Source: Gemmatimonadaceae bacterium
GTDB taxonomy: Bacteria > Gemmatimonadota > Gemmatimonadetes > Gemmatimonadales > Gemmatimonadaceae
Assembly (NCBI GenBank): GCA_033763905.1
Contig: JANRJP010000083.1
Coordinates: 1 to 48,268, forward strand
Length of the DNA stretch: 48,268 bases
Direction: 5' to 3'
Below are positions 16,549 through 25,191 of this stretch, piece after piece. Below the pieces are notes generated by a model. It was not told the origin of the DNA, ran no database searches, and saw only the letters and a program-made list of their open reading frames with translations. Numbering within the stretch: the first letter of the stretch is position 1; each line of letters opens with the position of its first letter. The position numbers were made by a program, and so were the translations under genes.

Positions 16549-18112
16549 GCGGCGTCAGGAGTGCCAAGGGGAGCACCACTTCCTCCGGCGTCACGCCGCC
16601 GTGCAGGAAGGCGCCGCGATACCGCGACTGGTACTCGCGCAACTTGGTGGGATACACGAAGAAGGTGTCCCCCGTCGCGAGCAGCACCGACTCGTGGCTG
16701 CCGGGCCGCCGCGGGAGCCGCAGCGCGTCCGGCGACGCGAAGCGCAACGCGTGTTCCGACTTCTCGGCGCGAATGTCCTCGCCGAACTTGAAGCGCAGGG
16801 CGTTGGTCGCGTCGCGTCGCGCGAAGATCGTCGCCGGCGTCTGGCAGTGGATCGATCCGTGGTCGGACGTCACGAGCACCGGAATCCCGCGACGCGCGGC
16901 TTCCCGGAGCAGCTTGAGCATCACCGAGCGCTCCACCCACTGCCGCGTGATCTGCCGCAGCGCCAGTTCGTCCCGCGCCACCTCGAGCAGGATCGTCGAC
17001 TCCGACCGGCCGTGCGTGAGCAAATCAACGAAGTTGAAGACGAAGGCACTGATCCCCTCGGGTGCGATCGCCGAGGAGAGGCGACGCTCGAGGTCGTTCG
17101 CGTCGTGCGCGGTGGTCACCTTGGTGTAGCGCACCGGCAGCGGTCGCCCGAGTTCGCGGAGCTGCGCGACGAGCAATTCCTTCTCGTGCGCGTTGAGCGA
17201 TTCTTCTTCCCGCTCACCAGGCCCCCACCAGTCGGGATGCATCGCGGCGATCTCGCCCGGGAAGAGTCCGGCGAAGATGGCATTGCGTGCGTACGGCGTG
17301 GCGGTCGGCAACACCGAGAAATAGTGCGTCGTCTCGATGTCGAACCACGGCGTGACCAGACTTTCGAGCGCCAGCCATTGGTCGAGCCGCAGGCAATCGA
17401 CGATCAGCAGAATCGCCGCCTTGTGCCGATCGAACAGCGGCAGCAGGAACTCGGGCACGACGTCCACCGAGAGCGGCGGCCGGTCGCCGTCGAGGTCGGC
17501 CAGCCACTTCGGGTAGGCCTCGCCAATGAACTCGGCGAAGTCGCGCTGCATCGCGGGCAGCAATCCGCGCAACGACTCGAGCAGGCCGAGCTCATTCGCC
17601 GCCGCGAGGTCGACGTCCCAGCGGGCGACCTCGGCCGCCCGCTCCATCCAGCCGCGCCAGTCGAGATCCCGCGTGCCGGCCAGCTCCATCGACCGGAATC
17701 GCTGAACGAAATCCTGGGCGACCTGCTGGCGGCGCAGGTTCGGCCCGTCGAGCAGGCGGGTGAGCGCCGCGAGCACCTGCCGCGGGTTGAGCGGCTTGAC
17801 GAGGTAGTCCTTCACGTCGGCGCCGAGCGCCTCGCGCAGTGTGGCGGGATCCTCGGACTTGGTCACCATCACGACTGCGACACCGGGCTGGATTTCGCGC
17901 AGCTCGCGATACGCCTCGAGCCCGCGCTTGCCGGGCATTTGCTCGTCGAGCAGTACCGCGTCGACGGGATGGCGCGCGAGCATCGCGATCGCGTCATCCG
18001 CGTTGGTCGCGGCGAGCACGTCGTAACCGTTGTCGCGCAGAAACAGGCGGTGGGACTCGAGCAGTTCCGCCTCGTCGTCCACCCAGAGGACGGAGCGCCG
18101 TGGGTTCGGCAT
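16541..18112 (-). CDS. PorX-like response regulator with PglZ/alkaline-phosphatase-fold domain
   Basis: Receiver LWVDDE, LLDEQMPG, VTKSE, KP; PglZ motifs IVDCLR, LPTATPYARNAIFAG, NFVDLLTH, TSDHG, FLHGGVTPEE. Confidence 0.92.
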   Translation of the reverse strand: MPNPRRSVLWVDDEAELLESHRLFLRDNGYDVLAATNADDAIAMLARHPVDAVLLDEQMPGKRGLEAYRELREIQPGVAVVMVTKSEDPATLREALGADVKDYLVKPLNPRQVLAALTRLLDGPNLRRQQVAQDFVQRFRSMELAGTRDLDWRGWMERAAEVARWDVDLAAANELGLLESLRGLLPAMQRDFAEFIGEAYPKWLADLDGDRPPLSVDVVPEFLLPLFDRHKAAILLIVDCLRLDQWLALESLVTPWFDIETTHYFSVLPTATPYARNAIFAGLFPGEIAAMHPDWWGPGEREEESLNAHEKELLVAQLRELGRPLPVRYTKVTTAHDANDLERRLSSAIAPEGISAFVFNFVDLLTHGRSESTILLEVARDELALRQITRQWVERSVMLKLLREAARRGIPVLVTSDHGSIHCQTPATIFARRDATNALRFKFGEDIRAEKSEHALRFASPDALRLPRRPGSHESVLLATGDTFFVYPTKLREYQSRYRGAFLHGGVTPEEVVLPLALLTPRG

Positions 18113-18191
18113 ATCTGCAAAGTAACGCGCGAGGCGTCCCCCTGCCGCCCGGCGCGGATCAGGCGAGATTGGCAGGATGGTGCCCGACCGG

Positions 18192-18569
18192 ATGTCCGTC
18201 CCCGACCCGCCGCGCTTCGCGTTTCCGGCGCTGGCCGCCCGCGCCGCCGGCGGCGCAATCGGCGGGGCACGGGAGTCGGCGATGGCCGTGCTCCTGATCT
18301 GCCGCCTCGCCCGAGACGCGCAGCGCGAACCGTCGCTGGAGCTCGGCCTGCGCGCCGAACGGGCGCAACACGCCCGCCAGTGGCTGGGGACCCTCGCACT
18401 CCCCCTGCCCGTCCGTGCGGCGGCCGGCCGTTGCGCCGAGGCCACCGCGATCGCCGACCCATCGGCGCTGGCAACGGCCCTGCAGCAGTTGGCCGACGTG
18501 ACCGGGGACACCTTGGGGGACGATGCCGTCGCCGAAATCCGCCGACTGGTGACGAACATCACCGTTTAG
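18192..18569 (+). CDS. Small alpha-helical hypothetical protein
   Basis: Only plausible ORF between the porX-like and dnaB-like genes; alternative start at 18177. Confidence 0.6.
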   Translation: MSVPDPPRFAFPALAARAAGGAIGGARESAMAVLLICRLARDAQREPSLELGLRAERAQHARQWLGTLALPLPVRAAAGRCAEATAIADPSALATALQQLADVTGDTLGDDAVAEIRRLVTNITV

Positions 18570-18629
18570 GGGCGCGTCGGGGAAATCGTTGCTTGCCGAG
18601 GGCGCGACGATACCCGTATCGTAGAGTCG

Positions 18630-19484
18630 ATGTCTCGTCATTCCGACCCGACGGCCGTCGCGATGCTGATGCATCGCGTCGACGCCGCCACTGATGGTGC
18701 GCGTGCCCCCGACACGATTCCGACCGGCTTCCCGACGGTCGATCGTCGGTTGGGGGGCGGGCTGCGACTCGGCGATCTGACGGTCCTCGGTGGCGACGTC
18801 GGGGCCGGCAAGTCGGCGATGGCGCTGGCGTTTGCGCTCCGCGCCGTGGGCGCGGGACAACCGGCGTTGGTCGTCTCGGGCGAGCTGTCGCCAGAGCGCC
18901 AGTTGGAGCGGGCACTCGCGATCGAAGGGCGCGTGAAGGTCGATGACCTGCGGCGCGGTGACCTGGACGATCTGGCGCGCGCGACGGTCGGCGCGGCGGC
19001 GATGCGGCTGCGGGAGGCCTCTCCCGATTTCCGCGCGATGCCCGCCGACGGGATCGTCGGCGTCGTGTCTCTGATTCGTCAGGACGGGCGGGGCAAGCTG
19101 GTCATTGTCGACTCGCTGGAGTCGCTGACGACCGGGCTGGGGCCCCGCGACGAAGAACTCGCGGCGGCGGTGCGCGCGCTCAAGGGCGTGGCCCTCGAGA
19201 TTGGCGCGGCGATCGTGCTGGTCGCCGGGCTGCCGCGCTTCACCCCCGAGCGCCGCAGCACCCGACCGACGCTGGATGATTTCGGCGCGATGGGCGCCAC
19301 CAAGCAGCACGCGGACGTGGCGTTGGCCGTGTACCGCGAAGAGATGTACGACCCCGGCTACGGCGTGGACGGGGCGACGGAATTGTTGGTCCTCAAGAAT
19401 CGCAGCGGCGCCACGGGCTACGTGGATCTCTACTTCTACAAGCCGTGGATGCGATTCGAAGACATGCTCGATCCCGACCGGTGA
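18630..19484 (+). CDS. DnaB-like helicase C-terminal (RecA-fold) domain protein without the N-terminal domain
   Basis: IPTGFPTVD, Walker A GGDVGAGKS, SGELS, VIVDSL, RPTLDDF, QHADV, YREEMY, KNRSGATG; 284 aa. Confidence 0.88.
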   Translation: MSRHSDPTAVAMLMHRVDAATDGARAPDTIPTGFPTVDRRLGGGLRLGDLTVLGGDVGAGKSAMALAFALRAVGAGQPALVVSGELSPERQLERALAIEGRVKVDDLRRGDLDDLARATVGAAAMRLREASPDFRAMPADGIVGVVSLIRQDGRGKLVIVDSLESLTTGLGPRDEELAAAVRALKGVALEIGAAIVLVAGLPRFTPERRSTRPTLDDFGAMGATKQHADVALAVYREEMYDPGYGVDGATELLVLKNRSGATGYVDLYFYKPWMRFEDMLDPDR

Positions 19485-20875
19485 CTGCGATGCTTGGAAC
19501 GCGCTGGAGCTACGGACTCCCTGCCCTGACGCTGTGGCTCGCCGGCTGTGCGAGCGGTGGCGTCCGTGACCCCAATGCCGCGATTGCCCGCCTCGAGGCG
19601 GCGCGCGCGAAGAACCCGAACGCCACCGCGGCGATCCGGTCGCTTGGGGTCGCGTACTACTCGGCCAAGCGCTACCCCGAAGCGCGGGCCGCACTCGACA
19701 CGGCGCGCCTGCGCGACCCGCGCGACGGCGTGGCGGCGCTGTACGCCGGCCTCACCGCCGAGGCGCAGCAGGACCTCCGTGGTGCCAAGGACGCGTACAC
19801 GGCGTATCTCGCCGCGGGGCGCACGCCAAAGGTTCGGACCCAGATCCGCCAGCGGCTGGCCTTCGTGAATCGGCAGGAGCTCACGCAGACGGCCAAGGCG
19901 AGCCTGGCCGCCGAGGCGACACTCGGCGCGACCGCGGGCGACGCCAAGACGGTCGCGGTCCCGCCGTTCCGGTTCAGCGGGAGCGACACCACGCTACTGC
20001 CGCTCGAGCGCGGGATGGCGGACCTGCTCATCACCGATCTCGCGACGGCCAAGGAACTCACCGTCGTCGAGCGCGACCGGATGCAGGCGATCGTGGACGA
20101 AATCGCGCTGACGCAGGGCAATCGCGTCGATGACGCCACGGCTGTGCGGGCCGGCAAGTTGCTGCGCGCGGGTCGCATCGTGCAGGGCGGCATCTCGCAG
20201 ACGGCTCCTACCGCGTTGCAACTCAACGCCGCCGTTGTGGACGTCCCCACCGCGCAGGCCGTGGGATCGGCATCCGCCGACGAGCAGCTGGAGAAGCTGT
20301 TCGACGCCGAAAAAGTCCTCGCCATTCAAGTGCTGCAGTCTCTGGGCGTCACGCTCTCGGTCGCGCAACGCGAAGCGATCGAGAAGAAGCCGACCCGTTC
20401 GTTTGCGGCATTTCTCGCGTACAGCCGCGGATTGGTCGCGGAAGATCGTGGCGATTTCGATGCCGCGCTCCGCAGCTATCAGGACGCCATCCGGATCGAC
20501 CCGGGCTTCCTCCGGGCCACCGCTCGCCAGTCACAGGCCTCGGCGGCGGTCAGCGGCGCACAGGTCTCGTCGAACAGCATCGAGCAGTCGCTCACCGGCA
20601 CGAGCGAAGGCTCGGTCGCCAACGGCGCCAAGTCTGGCGAAGTCGTCAGCGGCGGCACCTCGATCGGCACGGTGAACTCGACGGCGAACAACCTGAACCC
20701 GACACAGAGCGGCAACCAGACGAACTCGCAGCAGCCGACCACCGGCGGGACGACCGGCACTGGCGGCATTGGTGGCACCACGACCAACCCGCCGCCCAAC
20801 CAGACGCCGCCGCCGACCACACAGCCCCCGGCAACGCAGACGGGTCGCGTGGTCATCGTGGTGCCGCGCCCGTGA
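19481..20875 (+). CDS. Lipoprotein with TPR repeats, CsgG/TolB-N-like domain and Thr/Pro/Gly-rich tail
   Basis: GTG overlaps the dnaB-like stop (ATG at 19490 is an alternative); lipobox LAGC; TPR helices; LTVVERDRMQAIVDEIAL...AVRAGKLLRA. Confidence 0.82.
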   Translation: MTAMLGTRWSYGLPALTLWLAGCASGGVRDPNAAIARLEAARAKNPNATAAIRSLGVAYYSAKRYPEARAALDTARLRDPRDGVAALYAGLTAEAQQDLRGAKDAYTAYLAAGRTPKVRTQIRQRLAFVNRQELTQTAKASLAAEATLGATAGDAKTVAVPPFRFSGSDTTLLPLERGMADLLITDLATAKELTVVERDRMQAIVDEIALTQGNRVDDATAVRAGKLLRAGRIVQGGISQTAPTALQLNAAVVDVPTAQAVGSASADEQLEKLFDAEKVLAIQVLQSLGVTLSVAQREAIEKKPTRSFAAFLAYSRGLVAEDRGDFDAALRSYQDAIRIDPGFLRATARQSQASAAVSGAQVSSNSIEQSLTGTSEGSVANGAKSGEVVSGGTSIGTVNSTANNLNPTQSGNQTNSQQPTTGGTTGTGGIGGTTTNPPPNQTPPPTTQPPATQTGRVVIVVPRP

Positions 20876-22011
20876 GCGCGCCGCGTATTGACGGGCGGTC
20901 ACGCCCGACGATGGCTGCCCGCCGCGGCCGGTGGACGCTGGCCGTCGCCGCGTTGACGATAGCGGCCGTGCCGAGCGTGGCGATGGCGCAGCTGACGGAG
21001 CGCGTCGTGCGCATCGCGCCGACCCTCACGTCGTACAAGATGTCGTCTCCGGATTCGGCCGCGTCGCTGACGCAGACGGCGGTGCCGATCTTCATCGCGA
21101 TTCCGATCGGCAGCAAGGCCTCGATCGATATCGGTACCGCGTTCGGCGCCAGTTCGGCGACGGTTGACGGTCGCGCCGCCTCGATCAACGGCCTCACCGA
21201 CACGCAGATTCGCGGCTCCTACGCGCTGACCGACAACGTGGTGTTCACGCTCGGGCTCAACGCCCCCACCGGCAAGGCGACGATCAGCACCTCGCAGCTC
21301 GAGATTGCGGGCCTGCTCGGGACCGACCTGCTCGGCAACGCCGTGCCGGCCTACGGCTCCGGGCTGGCCATCACCGGTGGCATTGCCGTCGGTCGCCAGG
21401 TCGGCAGCTGGAACGTCTCGGGCGGAGCCAGCCTCCGGCAGGCGACGGGCTTCGAACCGTTCGATACGGGCTCGGTGCGCTTCGTGCCGGGCAGCGAGTA
21501 CCGTGCGTCGCTCTCAGGCGATCGCGAAGTCGGTGCGGGCCGGCTGGCGATCGGCGTCACCGCGTCCACCTTCGCCGGCGAGAAGTTCGGCACCACGGCC
21601 ACCGCGACCGGCAATCGGTATCTGGGACAGGCTGCGTGGATCGGGTCACTGGGCGACGGGCGCCCGGACCTCGTCCTGTCCGGCTGGCATCTGGCCTCGG
21701 GCACCGGTGAGTACGCGGGCACGACGATTTCATCGCAGCAGGTGACCAACCTGCAGGCGGCGGTGGGCTTCCACCTGGGCGAAAAGACGATCGAGCCGAC
21801 GCTGGAGTTCCGGCGCTGGACCGCGGGCGAGAATCAGCGCGGCACGCTGTCGCTGCTCGGCGTCCGCACCCGGATCCCGGTTGGCGGGGTCACGCTGTTC
21901 CCGGGGGCCGCCTTCGGGTTCGGGTCGTTGAACCACGATCTCGGGGCCGGCGCGTTCGGTGGCTCGCTGACCGGCTTCCGCCTGACCCTCGGGATGGCGC
22001 GCACGTTCTAG
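20872..22011 (+). CDS. Putative outer-membrane beta-barrel protein
   Basis: GTGA overlap; signal peptide ending AMA-Q; amphipathic strands; GLTDTQIRGSY, LGLNAPTG; ends ARTF. Confidence 0.75.
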   Translation: MSAPRIDGRSRPTMAARRGRWTLAVAALTIAAVPSVAMAQLTERVVRIAPTLTSYKMSSPDSAASLTQTAVPIFIAIPIGSKASIDIGTAFGASSATVDGRAASINGLTDTQIRGSYALTDNVVFTLGLNAPTGKATISTSQLEIAGLLGTDLLGNAVPAYGSGLAITGGIAVGRQVGSWNVSGGASLRQATGFEPFDTGSVRFVPGSEYRASLSGDREVGAGRLAIGVTASTFAGEKFGTTATATGNRYLGQAAWIGSLGDGRPDLVLSGWHLASGTGEYAGTTISSQQVTNLQAAVGFHLGEKTIEPTLEFRRWTAGENQRGTLSLLGVRTRIPVGGVTLFPGAAFGFGSLNHDLGAGAFGGSLTGFRLTLGMARTF

Positions 22012-22041
22012 CTTCGGCGGTGGGCTGATAGATTTCCGGCT

Positions 22042-22785
22042 ATGGCTGGCCATAGCAAATGGAAGAACATCAAGCACGCCAAGGCGGCAACCGACGCGAA
22101 GCGCGGCGCCTTGTTCACGAAGCTCATCCGCGAAATCACCGTCGCCGCCAAGTCCGGCGGCGGTGACCCGGACAGCAATCCGCGCCTGCGCATCGCGATC
22201 GAAACCGCGCGCTCGCAGTCGATGCCCAAGGACAACATCGAGCGCGCCATCAAGAAGGGCACCGGCGAACTCGAAGGCGTCGATTACACCGAAGTGCTCT
22301 ACGAGGCCTACGGCCCCGGGGGCTCGGCGCTGATGATCCAGGCGCTCACCGACAACCCCACGCGCACGGTCGCCGAGATCCGCGCCAAGCTGTCGCGGAA
22401 CGGCGGCAATCTGGGGACGTCGAACTCGGTCGCGTTCCTGTTCGATCGCAAGGGCGTGGTGAGCATCGAGCGCTCGCGCGGCGAAGAAGACACCGTGATG
22501 GAGGCCGCGCTCGACGCCGGCGCGGACGATTTCGTCGCCGAGCCCGAGGGCTACACGGTGTACACCGAACCGTCGCAGTTGCACGCGGTGAAGCAAGCGC
22601 TCGACGCGAAGGGGCTCGTCGCGGCGGAGGCCGCGCTGGAGTGGGTGCCCAAGTCGCGGGTGTCGGTAAGCGGCGAGGCGGCCAAGCAGCTGGCCAAGTT
22701 GATCGACACGCTCGAGGACCTCGACGATGTCCAGAAGGTCGAGGGCAACTTCGAGATGGACGACGCGTCGTTCGAGGACGCCTGA
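22042..22785 (+). CDS. yebC: YebC/PmpR family protein
   Basis: MAGHSKWKNIKH, NPRLR, YEAYGPGG, TDNPTRT. Confidence 0.97.
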   Translation: MAGHSKWKNIKHAKAATDAKRGALFTKLIREITVAAKSGGGDPDSNPRLRIAIETARSQSMPKDNIERAIKKGTGELEGVDYTEVLYEAYGPGGSALMIQALTDNPTRTVAEIRAKLSRNGGNLGTSNSVAFLFDRKGVVSIERSRGEEDTVMEAALDAGADDFVAEPEGYTVYTEPSQLHAVKQALDAKGLVAAEAALEWVPKSRVSVSGEAAKQLAKLIDTLEDLDDVQKVEGNFEMDDASFEDA

Positions 22786-22814
22786 CGGGAATCGCACGTC
22801 CCGCAGCGCGCACC

Positions 22815-23300
22815 GTGCTCGGGATCGATCCGGGCTCGGCGGTGACCGGGTACGGCGTGGTGCGACAGGTGGGCGCCGCTCCGCTGGCCTTGGTGGAGTG
22901 CGGCGTGATTCGCACGCCGGCCGATGCGCCCCTCGCCGAACGCCTGCACGAGATCTACGAAGGCGTGCGGGAAGTGCTTGCGCGGCATCAGCCCGACACC
23001 GTGGCGGTCGAGGACGTGTTCTTCGGCCGGAACCCGCGCACGACGGCCGTGCTCGGGCACGCGCGCGGGGTGATTCTGCTCGCGGTGGCGCAGCAGGGCT
23101 GCCCGCTGGTGGAACTCGCGCCGGCACGGATCAAGAAGGCCGTGACGGGTGCCGGCGCCGCCACGAAGGAGCAGGTGCAGTATATGGTGGCGCAGTTGCT
23201 GCGCCTCAAGCGGCCGCCGGAGCCCGCCGATGCCTCGGACGGTGTGGCGGCCGCGTTGGCGGTCGCCCTGACGGGCCCTTTGCACAGGATCCCCGCGTGA
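22815..23300 (+). CDS. ruvC: Holliday junction resolvase RuvC
   Basis: LGIDPG, AVEDVF, KKAVTGAGAATKEQV, DASDGVA; exact start uncertain. Confidence 0.95.
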   Translation: MLGIDPGSAVTGYGVVRQVGAAPLALVECGVIRTPADAPLAERLHEIYEGVREVLARHQPDTVAVEDVFFGRNPRTTAVLGHARGVILLAVAQQGCPLVELAPARIKKAVTGAGAATKEQVQYMVAQLLRLKRPPEPADASDGVAAALAVALTGPLHRIPA

Positions 23301-23893
23301 TCACGCAAGTGACTGGCACGGTTGTCGTGAAGGATCTCGACCGGGTGGAAGTGCTGACGCCCGGTGGGCTCGCGTACGAGATCTCCATTCCCCTGTCGGT
23401 CTTCGAGCGGCTCCCCGAGGCAGGCAAGCCGGCGACGCTGCACACGCATCTGGTGGTGCGCGAGGACGGCTGGGAGCTGTACGGCTTCTCGGCCCCGCAC
23501 GAGCGCCAGGTCTTCCGTCGACTGCTCGCGGCGAAGGGTGTGGGGCCAGCGCTCGCGCTGGGCCTGATCTCCACCCTGACGGCTGACGGCGTCGTGCGGG
23601 CGATTCGGGACAAGGATGTGGCGACCCTGACCGGGGTCCCCCGCGTCGGCAAGAAGAAGGCGCAGCAATTGGTGCTCGATCTGGGCGACAAGCTCGACGA
23701 TCTGGCCGCGCCGGGCACGCCACGGGCGATGGGCGGCGGCGCGACGACGGACGATGCACTGCGGGCCTTGGTGTCGCTGGGCTATTCGACGGCCGAAGCC
23801 GAGCGCGGCGTGCGCGCCGCATTGGACGGCGGCGCGACGGGCGGTGCGACGGAGCTGATTCGGGCCGCCTTGGCGGAGTTGAGTCGGCGTTAA
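23297..23893 (+). CDS. ruvA: Holliday junction branch migration protein RuvA
   Basis: HLVVRED..ELYGF, GVGPALA, VPRVGKKKA, ALVSLGY. Confidence 0.96.
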   Translation: MITQVTGTVVVKDLDRVEVLTPGGLAYEISIPLSVFERLPEAGKPATLHTHLVVREDGWELYGFSAPHERQVFRRLLAAKGVGPALALGLISTLTADGVVRAIRDKDVATLTGVPRVGKKKAQQLVLDLGDKLDDLAAPGTPRAMGGGATTDDALRALVSLGYSTAEAERGVRAALDGGATGGATELIRAALAELSRR

Positions 23894-23930
23894 TCCCGCC
23901 GTGTGGGGGAGGCGAAGGTGGCCCGGGCGC

Positions 23931-24090
23931 AACAGTTTGTTACGCGGGGGGCGTGACTGTCACACGAGCGGCGCCGCTGGTGTCGCCGGTCACCGCCGCC
24001 ATTCGGGTTGGTGTTCTCCGTCACGGCGGGGGCGCGATCCAAATCGTACTTTGCTGGTGTAGTGAAGTCCGTTCCTTCACGTCACAGGAG
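23931..24090 (+). promoter_or_regulatory. Promoter region with two palindromes, a -10-like hexamer, a leader hairpin and SD
   Basis: AACAGTTTGTT 23931-23941; GTGACTGTCAC 23953-23963; TACTTT 24047-24052; GTGAAG/CTTCAC 24062-24080; AGGAG 24086-24090. Confidence 0.5.
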
Positions 24091-24096
24091 ATTTCG

Positions 24097-25179
24097 ATGG
24101 TACGCATTCACAAGGTGACGCTCGCGGCCGCGGCGATGGTGCTCGCGGCGTGTGGTGAGCAGACCGAGCAGACCCTTCCCTTCGATCCCGCCACGACCAC
24201 CACGTCGTCCGGCAGCGTTGGCGCGGCCGGCGGTGTGGTAGCGCTGGCCTCCGGCGCGCAGGTCACCGTGCCGGCCGGCGCGATCACCGGCACGTCGAAC
24301 CTGACGTTGGCCAACGCCAACACGCCCACGCTGCCCGCCGGTACGGGCACGCTGCTCGGCACGCGCAGCTTCAGTCTGACCGGCACCGGCGGCACGCTGG
24401 TGAACCCGGTGGACTTCGAGATGCTGGTGCCGGATGTGGCGACCAACCCGAACGGCTGGCTCGCCGACTTCGTGGTCGGCAGCGGCGCCACCGCCGAAAT
24501 CGAAGCGGACGTCAGCGTCGACCTGAGCAACGGCAAGATGGTCGGCAAGATCTCACAGTTCGGCGTGATCACGCCGGTGATTCCGCCGGCCGAAGACATC
24601 GTTGCGGTCGACGTGCTGCCGGCAGGCGCCGAGCTCGTCGCTGACGCGATTGCCCCGAACGACCTCTTCACTGGCGCCGTGCGGACGATCTCGCAGAACT
24701 GCCGCCGCGGTGGCGGTGCGCCGCCGTGCGTCGGCTTCTCGGCGCGCGCCTCGGGCACGCTGCTCGCCCAGGTAGGCTCGGCGCGGCTCACGCGTCCGGC
24801 CATTTCGGGGTCGATCTCGCTGACCGGCGACCCGCGGGTGGCCAACGGCGCGCTGGCCGCCGGCTCGCTGACGCTGCGCGGCGTCGTGCGCGTGCGGCAG
24901 GGCGGCACCTCGGCGGGTGGCCTCGCGGCCCGGATTCCGATCCGCGTGACGCTCAACTCGACCGCGAACTCGCGCGTCGTGCAGAACCCCACGACGAATG
25001 CGCTCACGCTCAGCGGCTTTACCGTGTCGGCATCGCCCGCGTTCTCGGGAGCGCCGACGTCCTTCACGATCGTGCCCACCAGCGCATCGACCGGCGTGTT
25101 TGAGTATCGCGGCACGGTGAGCGTGGGCAACGGCGTCGGGACGGTTGCGGTCCGCTTCCCTTTCAACATCGGCTACTGA
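24097..25179 (+). CDS. Beta-rich surface lipoprotein (possible ZU5-like N-terminal module)
   Basis: SD AGGAG; lipobox LAAC; VGAAGGVV...GAQVTVPAGAI motif; Thr/Gly/Ser-rich. Confidence 0.8.
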   Translation: MVRIHKVTLAAAAMVLAACGEQTEQTLPFDPATTTTSSGSVGAAGGVVALASGAQVTVPAGAITGTSNLTLANANTPTLPAGTGTLLGTRSFSLTGTGGTLVNPVDFEMLVPDVATNPNGWLADFVVGSGATAEIEADVSVDLSNGKMVGKISQFGVITPVIPPAEDIVAVDVLPAGAELVADAIAPNDLFTGAVRTISQNCRRGGGAPPCVGFSARASGTLLAQVGSARLTRPAISGSISLTGDPRVANGALAAGSLTLRGVVRVRQGGTSAGGLAARIPIRVTLNSTANSRVVQNPTTNALTLSGFTVSASPAFSGAPTSFTIVPTSASTGVFEYRGTVSVGNGVGTVAVRFPFNIGY

Positions 25180-25191
25180 GTGCCATCCCAT

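Noticed and set aside
16541..18112. PglZ domain as part of a BREX defence system
   Set aside because: It is fused to a receiver domain (PorX architecture) and no brxC, pglX or brxL gene is nearby.
18630..19484. DnaB-like gene as a prophage or plasmid replication module
   Set aside because: No integrase, primase, initiator or phage structural genes; flanks are chromosomal envelope and housekeeping genes.
20640..20845. Repetitive ACC/GGC/CCG-rich DNA as a tandem repeat or CRISPR
   Set aside because: It is the coding low-complexity Thr/Gly/Pro linker of the lipoprotein; no fixed-length repeat-spacer pattern.
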